Made by a program: the position numbers and the translations under genes. The notes beneath the pieces were generated by a model. That model saw only the letters and a program-made list of their open reading frames with translations, was not told the DNA's origin and made no database searches. A DNA stretch of 64,000 nucleotides from an uncultured Gemmatimonadales bacterium (GTDB taxonomy: Bacteria; Gemmatimonadota; Gemmatimonadetes; Gemmatimonadales; Gemmatimonadaceae): contig OY969695.1 in the NCBI GenBank assembly GCA_963701965.1, positions 448,001 to 512,000 on the forward strand, read 5' to 3'. The stretch's first letter is position 1. Every line of letters starts with the position of its first letter. This document shows, one piece after another, positions 1 through 13,024 of the stretch.

Positions 1-82
1 GTCACCGAGCTCGTGCAAAGTTGTACGGATCACCCCGGCGTGACGCCGCATGGACCCAACCCGAAACCTTGTCTTCGCCATG

Positions 83-2152
<2,070 letters not shown>

Positions 2153-2245
2153 GCCCCACCTCGTGTCTCCGGAGTCTCATTACTCGATATTAGAGCCTGA
2201 GACGACTCCCTGACAGAGCAGCGACCTCGACCGCGATGGCGCGGA

Positions 2246-3371
2246 TCAGGCCGCCGGCATGATCACGCGGACGCACGTTTTCGACGCCAGGTCCGCCCAG
2301 TGCGACCGGACGAGTTGCAACACGCTCGGCGTCACCTCCTGGCCCCGGGCGATCAGCAACACTCCGTTCCCGCCGTGCACATCGGCGGCGAAGACCATGC
2401 CCTCGGCCACGTCGGCCAGCTTGACTTCGCGCGTGGACGGCTGCGCCGGCGTGTCGCCGGAGCCGAGTCGTGCCCGCAGCACCGCGAGCGCATCGGGATC
2501 GTAGCGATCAGCGTGCCGCTCGATCACCTCCAGCATCTGTAAGACCGACGCGCCGCGCGCTTCCAGCGCATCGAAATCGATCGCCAGTCGCAGGAGGCGC
2601 GCGCCGACCGGCATCGACGCCACGGGCGTGTCGCCGTCCAGCGCGCCCAAGAATGTCCCGAACGGCTTCCAGTCGCGGAATGCGGGCGATCAACTGCTGG
2701 GCTACCTGCGGCACCGGGTCTACGAGCTTTTTCTCCGGCGCCGTGAGCGGCCGCCCGTGATACAGCTTCTGGACCAACGCGGGGGCCAGCGTGATGCACC
2801 CGACCTGCGACAACATGGCCGCGACCTCGATCGGCCAGCGCTCGGCGATCTTGAGCTCTGCGGCCAGGGTCGCGACGTGCCGCTTGATGCGCGTGGCCCG
2901 GCCGAACGCCATCGGGTGCACGAGCGACAACACATCGGTCAACGCGGTGATGCTGCCTTGGAGCGTTTCCTCGAGGAGAACGCGCTCGCTCGTCACGAGG
3001 CGGTACTGCTCGGCGGCAGCGGCGACGGCCCGGGCCAAGGCCTCCGGCGCGATCGGCTTGGTGAGGAACTGAAAGATGTTCCCCAGGTTGACCGCCTCGA
3101 TGACGAGGTCCATATCCGCAGCGCCGGTGAGCAACATCCGCACCGTGTCCGGCGCGATCTGGCGGACGTCCTGCAGAAAACTGATGCCATCGCGGACGGG
3201 CATGCGCAGATCGGAGATCACGACCGCGAACGGCGGTCCCTGGCCAATGGCGGCCAACCCCTCCGCCGCTCCTGGCGCCGTGACGATTTCCACGTCGCGC
3301 CGGAGGGAGCGGGTGATCGCGGAGAGCACGTACGGCTCGTCATCCACACACAGGACGCGCGTCGGTTCCAT
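2246..3371 (-). CDS. Response regulator with degenerate HD-type output domain (one frameshift near 2650)
   Basis: Starts MEPTRVLCVDDE; SDLRMP and TKP receiver motifs; reading continues in ORF 2246..2650 (GARLLRLAIDFD) if one base is removed. Confidence 0.8.
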
Positions 3372-3372
3372 T

Positions 3373-4374
3373 CTAAGCGGCTCCCACGCGCTCGTGGACG
3401 AGCGCGTCAGCACGGTGCACCGCGATGGCCACATCGCGCGCTGCCGGCGGCGCAGACAACGGCAGGCGGTAATACGCGACAGCATCGACGACGGAACGCG
3501 GAATCCCCCACAGCGCCAGCAGATAGGCGCCGAGGGATGTCGTGTCGTCCTCGGACAGACGTTCGGGCGCGCCGCTGGCCAGCACCAGCTGGCCGATATC
3601 GTGAAACAACGCGGCGGTGTAGGTCTCGTCGGCTCGCGTCCGATCCGTGACCAGCTGGCTCGCCAAACTGGCGACCGCCGCGGCGTGCGCGGCGTGCGCC
3701 TCCAGGCAGAACCCGGGTGCCCGGTTGGTCGTCGGCTGATCCACCAGATCATGGGAGTCGGCCATCAACCGTGCCGTGTTGCCACCGAGCACGGTCAACG
3801 CCTCTCCCACGCTCATCGCCGTTCGCGATGGGCCGAAGAATGACGAGTTGGCCAGTTGGAGCAGCTTGGCCGCTATTGCCGCGTCGCGCTTGGCCAGGTC
3901 GAACAGATCGCCCGTTGCGTCCGCGAGCGCCTGGTGCGTGGCCCGACACGCCGGCAACCGGTGCATGCCGGCCGCCAGCGCGCGCGACGGGGCATCGAGT
4001 GCCAGCGCATGCGCCGCGGTCGCGCGCACGATCACCTGTTGCAAAGCACCCGCATCGCAGGGCTTGGCCAGGAACTGGTGGGCGGTATGGAGCGACCGGA
4101 TCGCCGTGCCCCGCTCCGCGTAGCCCGAGAGCACCACGCGCACCGTCTGCGGCCAACGTTCGGCGATCCGGGCCAGCAAGGTGGCGCCGTCCATCTGCGG
4201 CATCCGGAGATCGCTGACGATGATGTCGAACGCGCCGGCCTCACACGCCAGGAGGGCGGCGTCGCCGCTGGTGACGAACGTGACGTCCCACTCCGTGCGC
4301 CAGGGGCGGAGCGTGCGCCGCACGCCATCGAGCACGCGCGGTTCGTCGTCGACGAACAGGATGCGCCACGTCAC
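3373..4374 (-). CDS. Response regulator with HDOD domain
   Basis: GTG start overlapping upstream stop; ILFVDDE, SDLRMP; KLLQLANSSFFG, LFHDIG and LALWGIP HDOD motifs. Confidence 0.85.
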   Translation of the reverse strand: MTWRILFVDDEPRVLDGVRRTLRPWRTEWDVTFVTSGDAALLACEAGAFDIIVSDLRMPQMDGATLLARIAERWPQTVRVVLSGYAERGTAIRSLHTAHQFLAKPCDAGALQQVIVRATAAHALALDAPSRALAAGMHRLPACRATHQALADATGDLFDLAKRDAAIAAKLLQLANSSFFGPSRTAMSVGEALTVLGGNTARLMADSHDLVDQPTTNRAPGFCLEAHAAHAAAVASLASQLVTDRTRADETYTAALFHDIGQLVLASGAPERLSEDDTTSLGAYLLALWGIPRSVVDAVAYYRLPLSAPPAARDVAIAVHRADALVHERVGAA

Positions 4375-5201
4375 GCCGCGAGCGGCAAGCGCACGAGAAA
4401 CGTCGTGCCCTGCCCCTCCCGCGTGTCGAACGTGATCGTCCCGCCGTGATGTTCGACGACCACGCTGCGCGCGACCGCGAGTCCCTGCCCGGCGCCGGTA
4501 CCGACCGGCTTCGTTGTGAAGAACGGTTCGAACACGTGATCGCGCGCCGCGGCGGGAATGCCCGTGCCCGTGTCGCTGACGCGGAGCTCCACCCACCCGT
4601 CGACCCGGCGCGTGGCGATGGTGATGCGCCCTTTGCCGCCGTCGCGCGTCGCCGGCGCGTCGGCGATCGCATGGGCGGCATTGATGATCAAGTGCAGCAG
4701 CACCGGGCCGATCTCGCCCGCGACACACGGAATAGAAGGCAGGTCGCGGTCGAGCTCGAGCACGAGTTCGGCGACGTACTTCCACTCGTTCCGCGACACC
4801 GCGACCGTGCTCTCGATCTCGGCGTTCAGATCAATCGCGACGCGCTCGTCGACGTCCGGACCGGCGAGCGACTTGAGACCCCGAACGATGTTGGCGATCC
4901 GCTCCAATCCTTCCAAGGACTGCCGGAACGCGGCGGGGACCTCCACGTCGAGATACGCGAGATCGGCGCGCTCGGCCGCGTCCACCACCGGCTTCGTCAC
5001 GTCGCCAAGCACATCCCGCGCGGTGGCCGCCGCGAGTAGCGCCTCGTACGCGCGCACCAGCGCGCTCATATCATTGAACGCGCGCTCCAGGAAACGCACG
5101 TTGTCCTGCACATACTGCATCGGCGTGTTCAGCTCGTGCGCGATACCGGCCGACAGCCGGCTGATCGCTTCGATCCTCTGCGCGCTCAACCGGTTCGGCA
5201 T
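4371..5201 (-). CDS. Histidine kinase core (HisKA + HATPase) without sensor domain
   Basis: AGIAHELNTP H-box, INAAHA N-box, DTGTGI, FEPFFTTK, GAGQGL. Confidence 0.88.
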   Translation of the reverse strand: MPNRLSAQRIEAISRLSAGIAHELNTPMQYVQDNVRFLERAFNDMSALVRAYEALLAAATARDVLGDVTKPVVDAAERADLAYLDVEVPAAFRQSLEGLERIANIVRGLKSLAGPDVDERVAIDLNAEIESTVAVSRNEWKYVAELVLELDRDLPSIPCVAGEIGPVLLHLIINAAHAIADAPATRDGGKGRITIATRRVDGWVELRVSDTGTGIPAAARDHVFEPFFTTKPVGTGAGQGLAVARSVVVEHHGGTITFDTREGQGTTFLVRLPLAA

Positions 5202-5316
5202 CGTGTATAAATGACGAACGCCTGAGCGGCCGCGTCACGCGATTTCACACGGATGGCGGGTCAATGTGACGGAATGGGATCTGAGCCGTCGATTATGTGC
5301 GTTAACAGGGACTCAC

Positions 5317-8037
5317 ATGACCCAGCAGTTGGGATTGGGAGCGCGCCGGGACGGTTCCTGGCTATCGGCGCTGATCGAAGAAGGGCCGGGGTTCATAGCA
5401 GTCGCGCGTGGGCCCGACCACATCTTCGAGTTCGCGAATCGCGCCTACTACCGTTTGGTCGGGAATCGCTCGATCATCGGCTTACCGGTGCGGGAAGCCA
5501 TTCCCGAAGTCGTCGACCAGGGCGTGATCGGCGTCCTCGATCGCGTGCTCAAGACCGGCGAGCCGTTCGTCGGCGACGGCATCCCGATCACGCTCGCGCG
5601 TGCCGGCGGCAGCGAGGTACGGCGGTTCTGCGACTTCGCCTACCATCCCATCACCGAACCCAATGGCACGCGATCGGGTGTCGTCTGCTACGGGATCGAC
5701 GTCACGGATCGGCAGAACGCGGTGCGCGCCGTGGAGTTGAACGAAGCGCGGCTGCGCAGCTTGGTCGAAGGGATCGCGCAGATCGTCTGGCGCATGGGCA
5801 CCGATGGCCGCTTCATCGATGTGTCTCAATGGTGCGCGCTCAGCGGTCAGACGGCGGACTGTTTTCAGAATGGCGGGTGGAAAACGGTCGTGCACCCGGA
5901 CGACACCGCATCGGTGGCGACGCTGTTCGCCCGCGGCCTCGATGACGCGCCCATGGCCGCGATCGAGTTCCGGCTCCGGTTGCGCGACGGCACGTACCAT
6001 TGGTTCAGCGGCCAGAGCGTGCCGGTCCGCCGGCCCGACGGCTCCATTCGGGAGTGGGTGGGTCTGTGCACGGACATCGACACGGCGCGGCGGACGCAGG
6101 ATGCCCTGCGCGAGAGCGAGGAACGCTTTCGCGAGCTGGCGCAGCACATCGGCGCGGCATTCTGGATGGTCGAGGCGCAGGACCACCGTCTCCTGTATGT
6201 CAGTCCCGAGTTCGAGAAGATCTGGGGTGGGCCGGCGAGTCAGCTCCAGACCGCCCCCGCTCTCGAGGTGAGCACGCTCCATCCCGACGATCGGGTCCGC
6301 GTCGCCGCGCGCTGGGCCGAGCCGACGACCGAGCCCTTCGCGATCGAATATCGGATTGTACGACCCTCGGGTGAGGTGCGCTGGATCTATGACCGGGTCT
6401 TCCCGGTGCGCGATGACAGCGGAACGGTGTACCGGCTGGCGGGGATCGCGGAAGACGCCACGGATTGGCATCAGATGGACGAGCAGCTACGGTCGGCCGA
6501 GCACCGGTTCCGTTCGATCATGGAGCACTCCGCCGACCTGGTGACGGTCGTCGATACCGAGTTGATCGTGCAGTATATGAGCCCGTCGTATACCCACGGC
6601 CTGGGCTATCCCACCAATGCCCTCGTCGGCCGCAGCGCCTTGGCCATCGTGCATCCTTCGGATGTCCCCGAGACTCAGGACCGCCTCGCCGAGCTCAGTC
6701 TCGTGCCCGGTGGGACCGCCCAGCTCCGGTTGCGGGCCCAGCACGCGAACGGCGAGTGGCGCACGCTCGATCTGGTCGCCAAGAATCTACTCGACGAGCC
6801 GGCGGTGCGCGGCATCGTCGTCTCCGGGCGTGACATCACCGAACGGCAGCAGCTGGAATCGCAGCTGCGGCAGGCCCAGAAGATGGAAGCGGTCGGCCAG
6901 CTCGCCGGCGGCGTCTCACACGATTTCAACAACGTATTGACGGTCATCCTGAGCTCCGTCGTGTTCGCGCTGGAGGGCCTGGAGACGCCCGCCGAGGTGG
7001 ATCGCGCCGCCTTGCGGGACGACCTGTTGGAGGTCAAGAGCGCGGCGGAGCGCGCCGCGGCGCTCACGCGCCAGCTGTTGGCCTTTAGCCGGCGCCAGAT
7101 CATCCAACCGCGCGTCCTCGATTTCAACGAAGTGATGTACGGGCTCCAGAAGATGTTGCAGCGGCTGATCGGGGAGGACATCGATTTGCGCGTGCTCGGC
7201 GCCGCCGATCTCTGGCGCGTGCGGGCCGACGCCGGGCAACTGGAGCAGGTCATCATCAATCTCGCCCTCAATGCCCGCGACGCCATGCCCAATGGCGGTC
7301 CGCTGGTCATCACGACGCAGAACGCGACACTGGATGCGGCATTCGTGCACGATCACCCCGGATCGAGCCCCGGCGAGTTCGCGTTGCTGGCAGTGACGGA
7401 TACCGGCACGGGGATGGACGACCAGGTCAAGGCGCGCGTGTTCGAGCCATTCTTCACCACCAAGTCCCCGGGCAAAGGCACGGGACTCGGTCTGGCGATG
7501 GTGTATGGCGCGATCAAACAGTCGGGCGGGTACATCGACATTTTGAGCGCGCCGGGTCAGGGCACCACCCTGCGCATCTATCTCCCGCGGTACGCCGGCG
7601 CCGGCGCTGGCGCCGCCACGACCACCGAGATCACACCCGCGCGCCCAACTCCCCGGGGCACGGAAACGATTCTCGTCGTCGAGGACGACGTGGCGGTCCG
7701 CGCCACCACCGTGCGGCTGCTCCGATCCCAGGGCTACGTGGTCCTCCAGGCCGAGACGGGCGCCGAAGCCATGGCGCTCGTCCACGGCGGCGAACCGATC
7801 CACCTGGTGCTCACCGATGTCGTGATGCCGCAGATGGGCGGCCTGGAGCTGATCAAGGCTCTGGGTGTCTTGAGCGAGCGGACCACCGTGCTCTTCATGT
7901 CGGGGTACACCGCCGACGAGGTGATCCAGCGCGGCGCATTGCCGTCGGGGACGCGTTTTCTGGGTAAACCGTTCCGACCCCAAGGCCTCTACGAGGCCGT
8001 CCGGTCAGCGCTCGACGCCAACGCCTACGCGCCCTGA
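5317..8037 (+). CDS. Multi-PAS hybrid sensor histidine kinase/response regulator
   Basis: Several PAS/PAC repeats (HPDD motifs), SHDFNN H-box, GKGTGLGL, C-terminal receiver; ATG 5317 preceded by AGGGA (alternative start 5266). Confidence 0.9.
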   Translation: MTQQLGLGARRDGSWLSALIEEGPGFIAVARGPDHIFEFANRAYYRLVGNRSIIGLPVREAIPEVVDQGVIGVLDRVLKTGEPFVGDGIPITLARAGGSEVRRFCDFAYHPITEPNGTRSGVVCYGIDVTDRQNAVRAVELNEARLRSLVEGIAQIVWRMGTDGRFIDVSQWCALSGQTADCFQNGGWKTVVHPDDTASVATLFARGLDDAPMAAIEFRLRLRDGTYHWFSGQSVPVRRPDGSIREWVGLCTDIDTARRTQDALRESEERFRELAQHIGAAFWMVEAQDHRLLYVSPEFEKIWGGPASQLQTAPALEVSTLHPDDRVRVAARWAEPTTEPFAIEYRIVRPSGEVRWIYDRVFPVRDDSGTVYRLAGIAEDATDWHQMDEQLRSAEHRFRSIMEHSADLVTVVDTELIVQYMSPSYTHGLGYPTNALVGRSALAIVHPSDVPETQDRLAELSLVPGGTAQLRLRAQHANGEWRTLDLVAKNLLDEPAVRGIVVSGRDITERQQLESQLRQAQKMEAVGQLAGGVSHDFNNVLTVILSSVVFALEGLETPAEVDRAALRDDLLEVKSAAERAAALTRQLLAFSRRQIIQPRVLDFNEVMYGLQKMLQRLIGEDIDLRVLGAADLWRVRADAGQLEQVIINLALNARDAMPNGGPLVITTQNATLDAAFVHDHPGSSPGEFALLAVTDTGTGMDDQVKARVFEPFFTTKSPGKGTGLGLAMVYGAIKQSGGYIDILSAPGQGTTLRIYLPRYAGAGAGAATTTEITPARPTPRGTETILVVEDDVAVRATTVRLLRSQGYVVLQAETGAEAMALVHGGEPIHLVLTDVVMPQMGGLELIKALGVLSERTTVLFMSGYTADEVIQRGALPSGTRFLGKPFRPQGLYEAVRSALDANAYAP

Positions 8038-8041
8038 GGCG

Positions 8042-9661
8042 TTACGCGATCATCGCCAGGCCCTGACTGGGCTTGACCTCGCGGATGTGCGCGTCGTTCG
8101 TCAGGGCGAGCGAGACGAGCACGGACTCCGTCGCCAGGAAGGCGGCGAGCACCTCGGGGCGCCAGTGGTGCGCCAGCTCGCGGATGCGGTTCACCGCCTG
8201 CGTCGGCGGCATCGCTTTGGAGTAGTTCCGGTCGGACGTCATCGCGTCGAAGACGTCGGCAATGGCGACGATCTGCGAGTGAAACGGCACGGCGTCTCCC
8301 GCCAGGCCATCCGGATATCCGGTCCCGTCCAGCCGCTCGTGGTGGGAGCGGATGATGGGCATGATCGGCCACGGGAAATCGATCCCCGCGAGGATCTCGG
8401 TGCCCCACACCGGATGCTGTTTGATGATGTCGTACTCGGCGGAATCGAGCTTGCCGGGTTTGCGCAGGATCTCATGCGGCACGAGCAGCTTGCCCAGGTC
8501 GTGCAAGTAGGCGCCCACCTGGACCGTCATGAGATCGGCTTCCTCCAGGCGCAACGCCTTGGCGACCGTCATCGCGTAGGCCGCCACGCGGCCGGAGTGA
8601 CCGAACGTATACGTGTCCGCCGCTTCGATCGACCGGCCCCAGCGGGCGACGACTTCGATGTAGATCCGCTCCAGCTTCGCAATGTTGCTCGCCACCTTGT
8701 GGTCATCGGCGCTGGCGCCGAGCGCGCCGAACAGCTTGCGCGAGGTGTTGAGCAGTCGGAGCGCGTCCTGGTTGCGTTCCTGATTGACGTAGAGAATCGC
8801 CAGCTCGCGCGTCGCCTCCGCTTCCGGGAGCTTCGCGCCCACAGATCGCGCCAGCGCGATCGCCGAATGAAAACGATTCTCGGCGAGTCCGACATCTCCC
8901 TGCTCCCGGTACACGACGCCCAGCCACCGATACGCGTCTGCCTTGCTGAGCGCATTGCCCAGTTGCGAGAACGTCGTGAGCGCTTCCTCGGCGCTGGCCA
9001 GCGCGCGCTCGAAGCGCCGGCAGGCGACGTCGACCTCGGTCCGATTGAGCAACGTGGTCGCGCGGAGTGCCACATCACCCAGGTGAACGGCCCGCTCCAG
9101 CGCGGCATCGAAGTACGCTTCGGCGTCGCGCCATTGCTCCCGGTCGGCGCTCAACATGCCGAGGTTGTGATAGGCCCGGGCGCAGCCCAGTTCGTTTCTC
9201 GCGCGATCAAAGGCCCGGAGCGAGCGCAGGTAGCGGCGGCGCGCTTCGTCGTAGTTGCCGCGAATGTTGGCGATCACGCCTAGGTTCTGCTCCACATGGC
9301 CTGTCAGCTCGCTGGCGCCGCCCAGCGAGAGGGCGCGATCGAGCTCGCGTTCGGCGTCCGTCCACTCGCAACGGTCGATGTGGATCCACGCCTTGCAATT
9401 GAGCGCCTCGGCGGCCAGCCCCGGCGCGTCGCCTTCCATTGCCGTCTCATAGCTGGCCCGCACCAGGGCCAGCGCCCGATCGAACTCCTGGCGACGCCGA
9501 TGGATCGAGGCCTGGCGACGCAGCGCGATCGCCCGCGACTCGATGTCGCGGGGCTCGGCCGCCGCCAGCGCCGCGGCGTAGCAGTCGAGCGCGTCCGTGA
9601 GACGACCGTCTCGTTCATGCTTCTCGGCGGTCGCGATCCAATGTAGAGACTTGAAACCCAT
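8042..9661 (-). CDS. TPR-repeat HD-GYP phosphodiesterase
   Basis: TPR-like helices (NLGVIA, NLGMLS), LHDLGK, HHERLDGTGYP, IADVFDAM; GAGGGG upstream of ATG 9661. Confidence 0.88.
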   Translation of the reverse strand: MGFKSLHWIATAEKHERDGRLTDALDCYAAALAAAEPRDIESRAIALRRQASIHRRRQEFDRALALVRASYETAMEGDAPGLAAEALNCKAWIHIDRCEWTDAERELDRALSLGGASELTGHVEQNLGVIANIRGNYDEARRRYLRSLRAFDRARNELGCARAYHNLGMLSADREQWRDAEAYFDAALERAVHLGDVALRATTLLNRTEVDVACRRFERALASAEEALTTFSQLGNALSKADAYRWLGVVYREQGDVGLAENRFHSAIALARSVGAKLPEAEATRELAILYVNQERNQDALRLLNTSRKLFGALGASADDHKVASNIAKLERIYIEVVARWGRSIEAADTYTFGHSGRVAAYAMTVAKALRLEEADLMTVQVGAYLHDLGKLLVPHEILRKPGKLDSAEYDIIKQHPVWGTEILAGIDFPWPIMPIIRSHHERLDGTGYPDGLAGDAVPFHSQIVAIADVFDAMTSDRNYSKAMPPTQAVNRIRELAHHWRPEVLAAFLATESVLVSLALTNDAHIREVKPSQGLAMIA

Positions 9662-9859
9662 CGATCCCCTCGACTGGGTGCCTGCATCTCTCTGACGTGA
9701 GGATGGTCCCATAAGCAACCGGGGATCACAAATCACGGGGGTGATATGCCATTGTGGCCCCAATGCTTACCAAACGTTGCCGTGTGGTAACCATTTGGCT
9801 ACGACAGCTACGTAACCAGATGGTTCCCAACTAGCAGGGGCGACGAATGGTTTCAGGGA

Positions 9860-10375
9860 CTACTGGACCCTGAACCGCACGCTGGCCTGGGTCGTGTCCC
9901 ACACCATCTGGATCTCACCGCCCTCACCCTGCGGTACGATGTTGATGGCGAACTTCTCGACCGACGCGGGAACGGGCGCGGTGGTCATCGGAATCCGCAC
10001 CAGATCCTGATCCTCGTGATATTCGGTGCCCCACTGCTTGTTCTGCTTGTTGACGACGAGCAGCCACTGTCCCGTTTGTTGGGGCACCGAATACAGGGTG
10101 TAGGTGCCCGCCGGGACCGCGGAGCCACCGATGGACAGCGGCTTGTCGGTCACGAATGTCGTGGCCGCATTGGCTCCGGTGCGCCACACCTTCCCCCACG
10201 GCACCAATCCGCCCCAGATGACTCGCCCACGCATCGATGGCCGGCCGTAGTCGACCAGGAGGTGGGCACCGGCGATGGTCGCCCGCGTCGTATCACGCGG
10301 CGACGGAATGTTCTGCTGGGCCGAAGCGCCCCGCGCGCTCACCGCCAGGGCGAGGGCAAGAAGAAAAACTCTCAT
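9860..10375 (-). CDS. DUF2911 family secreted protein
   Basis: Signal peptide; SPR, YGRPSMRGR, VPWGKVWRTGANAAT motifs. Confidence 0.85.
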   Translation of the reverse strand: MRVFLLALALAVSARGASAQQNIPSPRDTTRATIAGAHLLVDYGRPSMRGRVIWGGLVPWGKVWRTGANAATTFVTDKPLSIGGSAVPAGTYTLYSVPQQTGQWLLVVNKQNKQWGTEYHEDQDLVRIPMTTAPVPASVEKFAINIVPQGEGGEIQMVWDTTQASVRFRVQ

Positions 10376-10393
10376 GGTTCAATCTGCGCCCCG

Positions 10394-13024
10394 TCACTTT
10401 CTGAGGACCAGTGGGGCGGTCGCTCGCTGCGAATCATGCAGGATCGCGAGATCCGCCCTGGCGAACTCGACCCATTTCGCCGGTGGCGTCTCCTGCTTGT
10501 TGACGATCGCGTATCCGGCGTCGATCTCACGTTCGGCCTCGGCGTACTTCCGCTCATGGATGAGCGCTCGCCCCAGCTTGAGCCGCCCGATGGCGATGGT
10601 CAGGTGATCCGCGGGCAGGGTCTCCGCGTACCGGGCCATCGCCTGGCGCAGGTAGCGCTCGGCATTGGCGTAGTCCTTTCGCGCGATGTAGACGCTGCCC
10701 AAGTTTGACCACGCGATCCCGATCAAGTAGTGCTTGCCCGAATACACGGTCTGATAGATAGCCGCCATGCGCCGGAAGTCCGACTCGGCGTCCGCCAGCT
10801 GACCGCGCGCGAGCGCGATCTGGCCGAGATCGTTCAACGTCGAGGCGACACGCGGATGCACGGGTCCGTAAACCCGTTGCTCGATCACGAGGGCCCGGCC
10901 AAGGATGTCGGTCGCCTCGTCCGTCTTCTTCTCGGCGACGAGTGCTCTCCCCAGTAACGTCATCGCCGATGCCGTCTCTTGGTTCTCCGACCCGAACCAC
11001 CGCCCGATGATCTCCAGCGCTTGACGGTCGAACCGTTCGGCCTCGGCGTAGCGGCCCCATTCGTACTGCACCGCGCCCAAGTTGATGAGATCGTCGGCCA
11101 CGTGCGGATGCCCCGCGCCGTAGAGCGCGCTGTCCATGGCGACGAGGCGCCGGTTCAGGCTGTCGGCCAACGCGTAATGGCCCGAGTAGAAATGCGTGTT
11201 CGCCAGCTCGGTGAGACTCGCCGACAGCTCGGATGTCGGCGGCCCGGACGCGGGCTGCAACCGGACCGCGGCAGTCAGCACGCGAATCGCCTCGTCATAG
11301 TTGCCGTGATCCTCGAGCATCTGACCGAGGGCGATCATCGCGCGCACCACCGCCGGATCGCGGGGCGGCAATGTGCGCTGACTCATCGCCAACCCGTCGC
11401 GGAGGAGCGGTTCGGCCTCGTCGTACCTGGCTTGCGCCTGCCGCAGACCGCCCAGCGCGATCAGACTGCCCGCGATATCCGGGTGATCGCCACCATACAC
11501 GCCGCGTCGCTGCGCCAGCGACGCGCGGAGCAGCGTGTCCGCGGACGCGAGACGGCCCAGTCTCTGGTACAGACTGCCCAGCGTCTGGTACAACTCGGCC
11601 TGCACGGCCGGCTCCGCGTCCAAGGCGCGGGCGTCCCGGACGCCCCGCTCGAGCAACGAGACGACGCGCAGGCTGTCGGAGGGGCCGACATCGTCGTCGC
11701 CACCTTGGAACAGATCGAGCATGAACCGCTGGATGCGCTGGGTGCGGGCGGCTTCGGCGACGGCGGCGTTGCGGGCCCGCGTCAGACGCACCGTGTAGAA
11801 CAGCGTCAACGCCACGACGGCCGTGAACACGAACATCGCGGCCGCTAGCGGCCGCCGATGCCGCGTGACGAATTTGGAAACGCGGTAGCGCACCGAGTCG
11901 GATCGCGCTTCCAATGGCTCACCGTTGAGAAAGCGATCGATGTCCCGGATCAGCGCCTCGGCCGATCCGTAGCGCCGTGTGGGGTCCTTGTGCATCGCGG
12001 TAAGACAGAGCACATCCAGGTCCGCCCACTCGGTGCCGCCAAGCGCCAGCACCCGCCCGCGGTCGCCGGCGCGTTCGGCGACCCGTCGGGCTACGGCCGA
12101 GGGTTTCACCGGCTCGTGCTCGAGGATGATCGTCTCGGCCTCGCCCGGCGTGCGATTGGCCAAGTCGAAGGGCAATCGGCCGGTCAGCAATTCATACAGC
12201 ACCACGCCGAGGGAGTACACGTCCGTCTGCATCGCGGCCTGGTCGCCCCGCAGTTGCTCGGGCGCCGCGTACGCCGGCGTCAGGAATCGCAGTCCGGTAC
12301 GCGTCTGGTCGACCGGAACATCGAGGCCTTCCAGCTGCTTCGAGATCCCGAAATCGAGCAGCACCACCGAACCATCGGTCCGTGCCAGTATGTTGGACGG
12401 CTTGAGGTCGCGATGGATGACGAGATGCCGGTGCGCGTACTCCACCGCCTCGCAGATCGCGCGAAACAGCCGCAGCCGCTCCGGGATCGAGCTGGCGTGC
12501 GTCTCGCAATAGTCCGTGAGCGGCACGCCTTCGACGTACTCCATGACGAACCATGGCGTGCCGTCCTCCAGGGTATTCGCATCGTAGATCCGCGCGATGG
12601 CCGGGTGATTGAGGCGCGCCAGCGTGCGCTGCTCGTTGGCGAAACGCTCGCGCCGCGCCGGCGACAGCCAGGCGTCCCGCAGGATCTTGATGGCGACCAG
12701 TCCCCCGAGATCGGTGCGCTCCGCGAGATAGACCACGCCCATCCCGCCCTCGCCCAGCATTTCCTTGATGCGATAGCGCCCAAACTGCTCGGCGGGGACG
12801 CCGGCTGATGCGCCGCCGAGCATCTCCCGGGCCGCGTAGGCGATGTCGCTATCGAGGAGCGACGATCCGCGCGCATCCTCCGCCAGCATCGCCAACACAT
12901 CGGCGGCCAGGTCCGGGTCGACGCATTCGCGCTCCAAAAATGCCCGCTGTTCCTCGGCGGGCAGGTCGGCGGCGCCGTGAAAGAGGGCTTGGATGCGCTC
13001 CCAGCGGCCGGCGTCCATGGTCAT
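10394..13024 (-). CDS. Ser/Thr protein kinase with TM helix and TPR repeats
   Basis: GEGGMGVVY, HRDLKPSN, DFG, YAAPE; kinesin-light-chain-like TPRs; ATGA overlap with sigma gene. Confidence 0.92.
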   Translation of the reverse strand: MTMDAGRWERIQALFHGAADLPAEEQRAFLERECVDPDLAADVLAMLAEDARGSSLLDSDIAYAAREMLGGASAGVPAEQFGRYRIKEMLGEGGMGVVYLAERTDLGGLVAIKILRDAWLSPARRERFANEQRTLARLNHPAIARIYDANTLEDGTPWFVMEYVEGVPLTDYCETHASSIPERLRLFRAICEAVEYAHRHLVIHRDLKPSNILARTDGSVVLLDFGISKQLEGLDVPVDQTRTGLRFLTPAYAAPEQLRGDQAAMQTDVYSLGVVLYELLTGRLPFDLANRTPGEAETIILEHEPVKPSAVARRVAERAGDRGRVLALGGTEWADLDVLCLTAMHKDPTRRYGSAEALIRDIDRFLNGEPLEARSDSVRYRVSKFVTRHRRPLAAAMFVFTAVVALTLFYTVRLTRARNAAVAEAARTQRIQRFMLDLFQGGDDDVGPSDSLRVVSLLERGVRDARALDAEPAVQAELYQTLGSLYQRLGRLASADTLLRASLAQRRGVYGGDHPDIAGSLIALGGLRQAQARYDEAEPLLRDGLAMSQRTLPPRDPAVVRAMIALGQMLEDHGNYDEAIRVLTAAVRLQPASGPPTSELSASLTELANTHFYSGHYALADSLNRRLVAMDSALYGAGHPHVADDLINLGAVQYEWGRYAEAERFDRQALEIIGRWFGSENQETASAMTLLGRALVAEKKTDEATDILGRALVIEQRVYGPVHPRVASTLNDLGQIALARGQLADAESDFRRMAAIYQTVYSGKHYLIGIAWSNLGSVYIARKDYANAERYLRQAMARYAETLPADHLTIAIGRLKLGRALIHERKYAEAEREIDAGYAIVNKQETPPAKWVEFARADLAILHDSQRATAPLVLRK

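Noticed and set aside
2164..2215. Imperfect hairpin upstream of the EF-G paralog as a riboswitch or leader RNA
   Set aside because: No recognisable aptamer motif; it could equally be a terminator of the upstream operon or chance pairing.
9789..9825. Imperfect 15-bp inverted repeat between the DUF2911 and HD-GYP genes
   Set aside because: No U-tract and no second copy; function cannot be supported.
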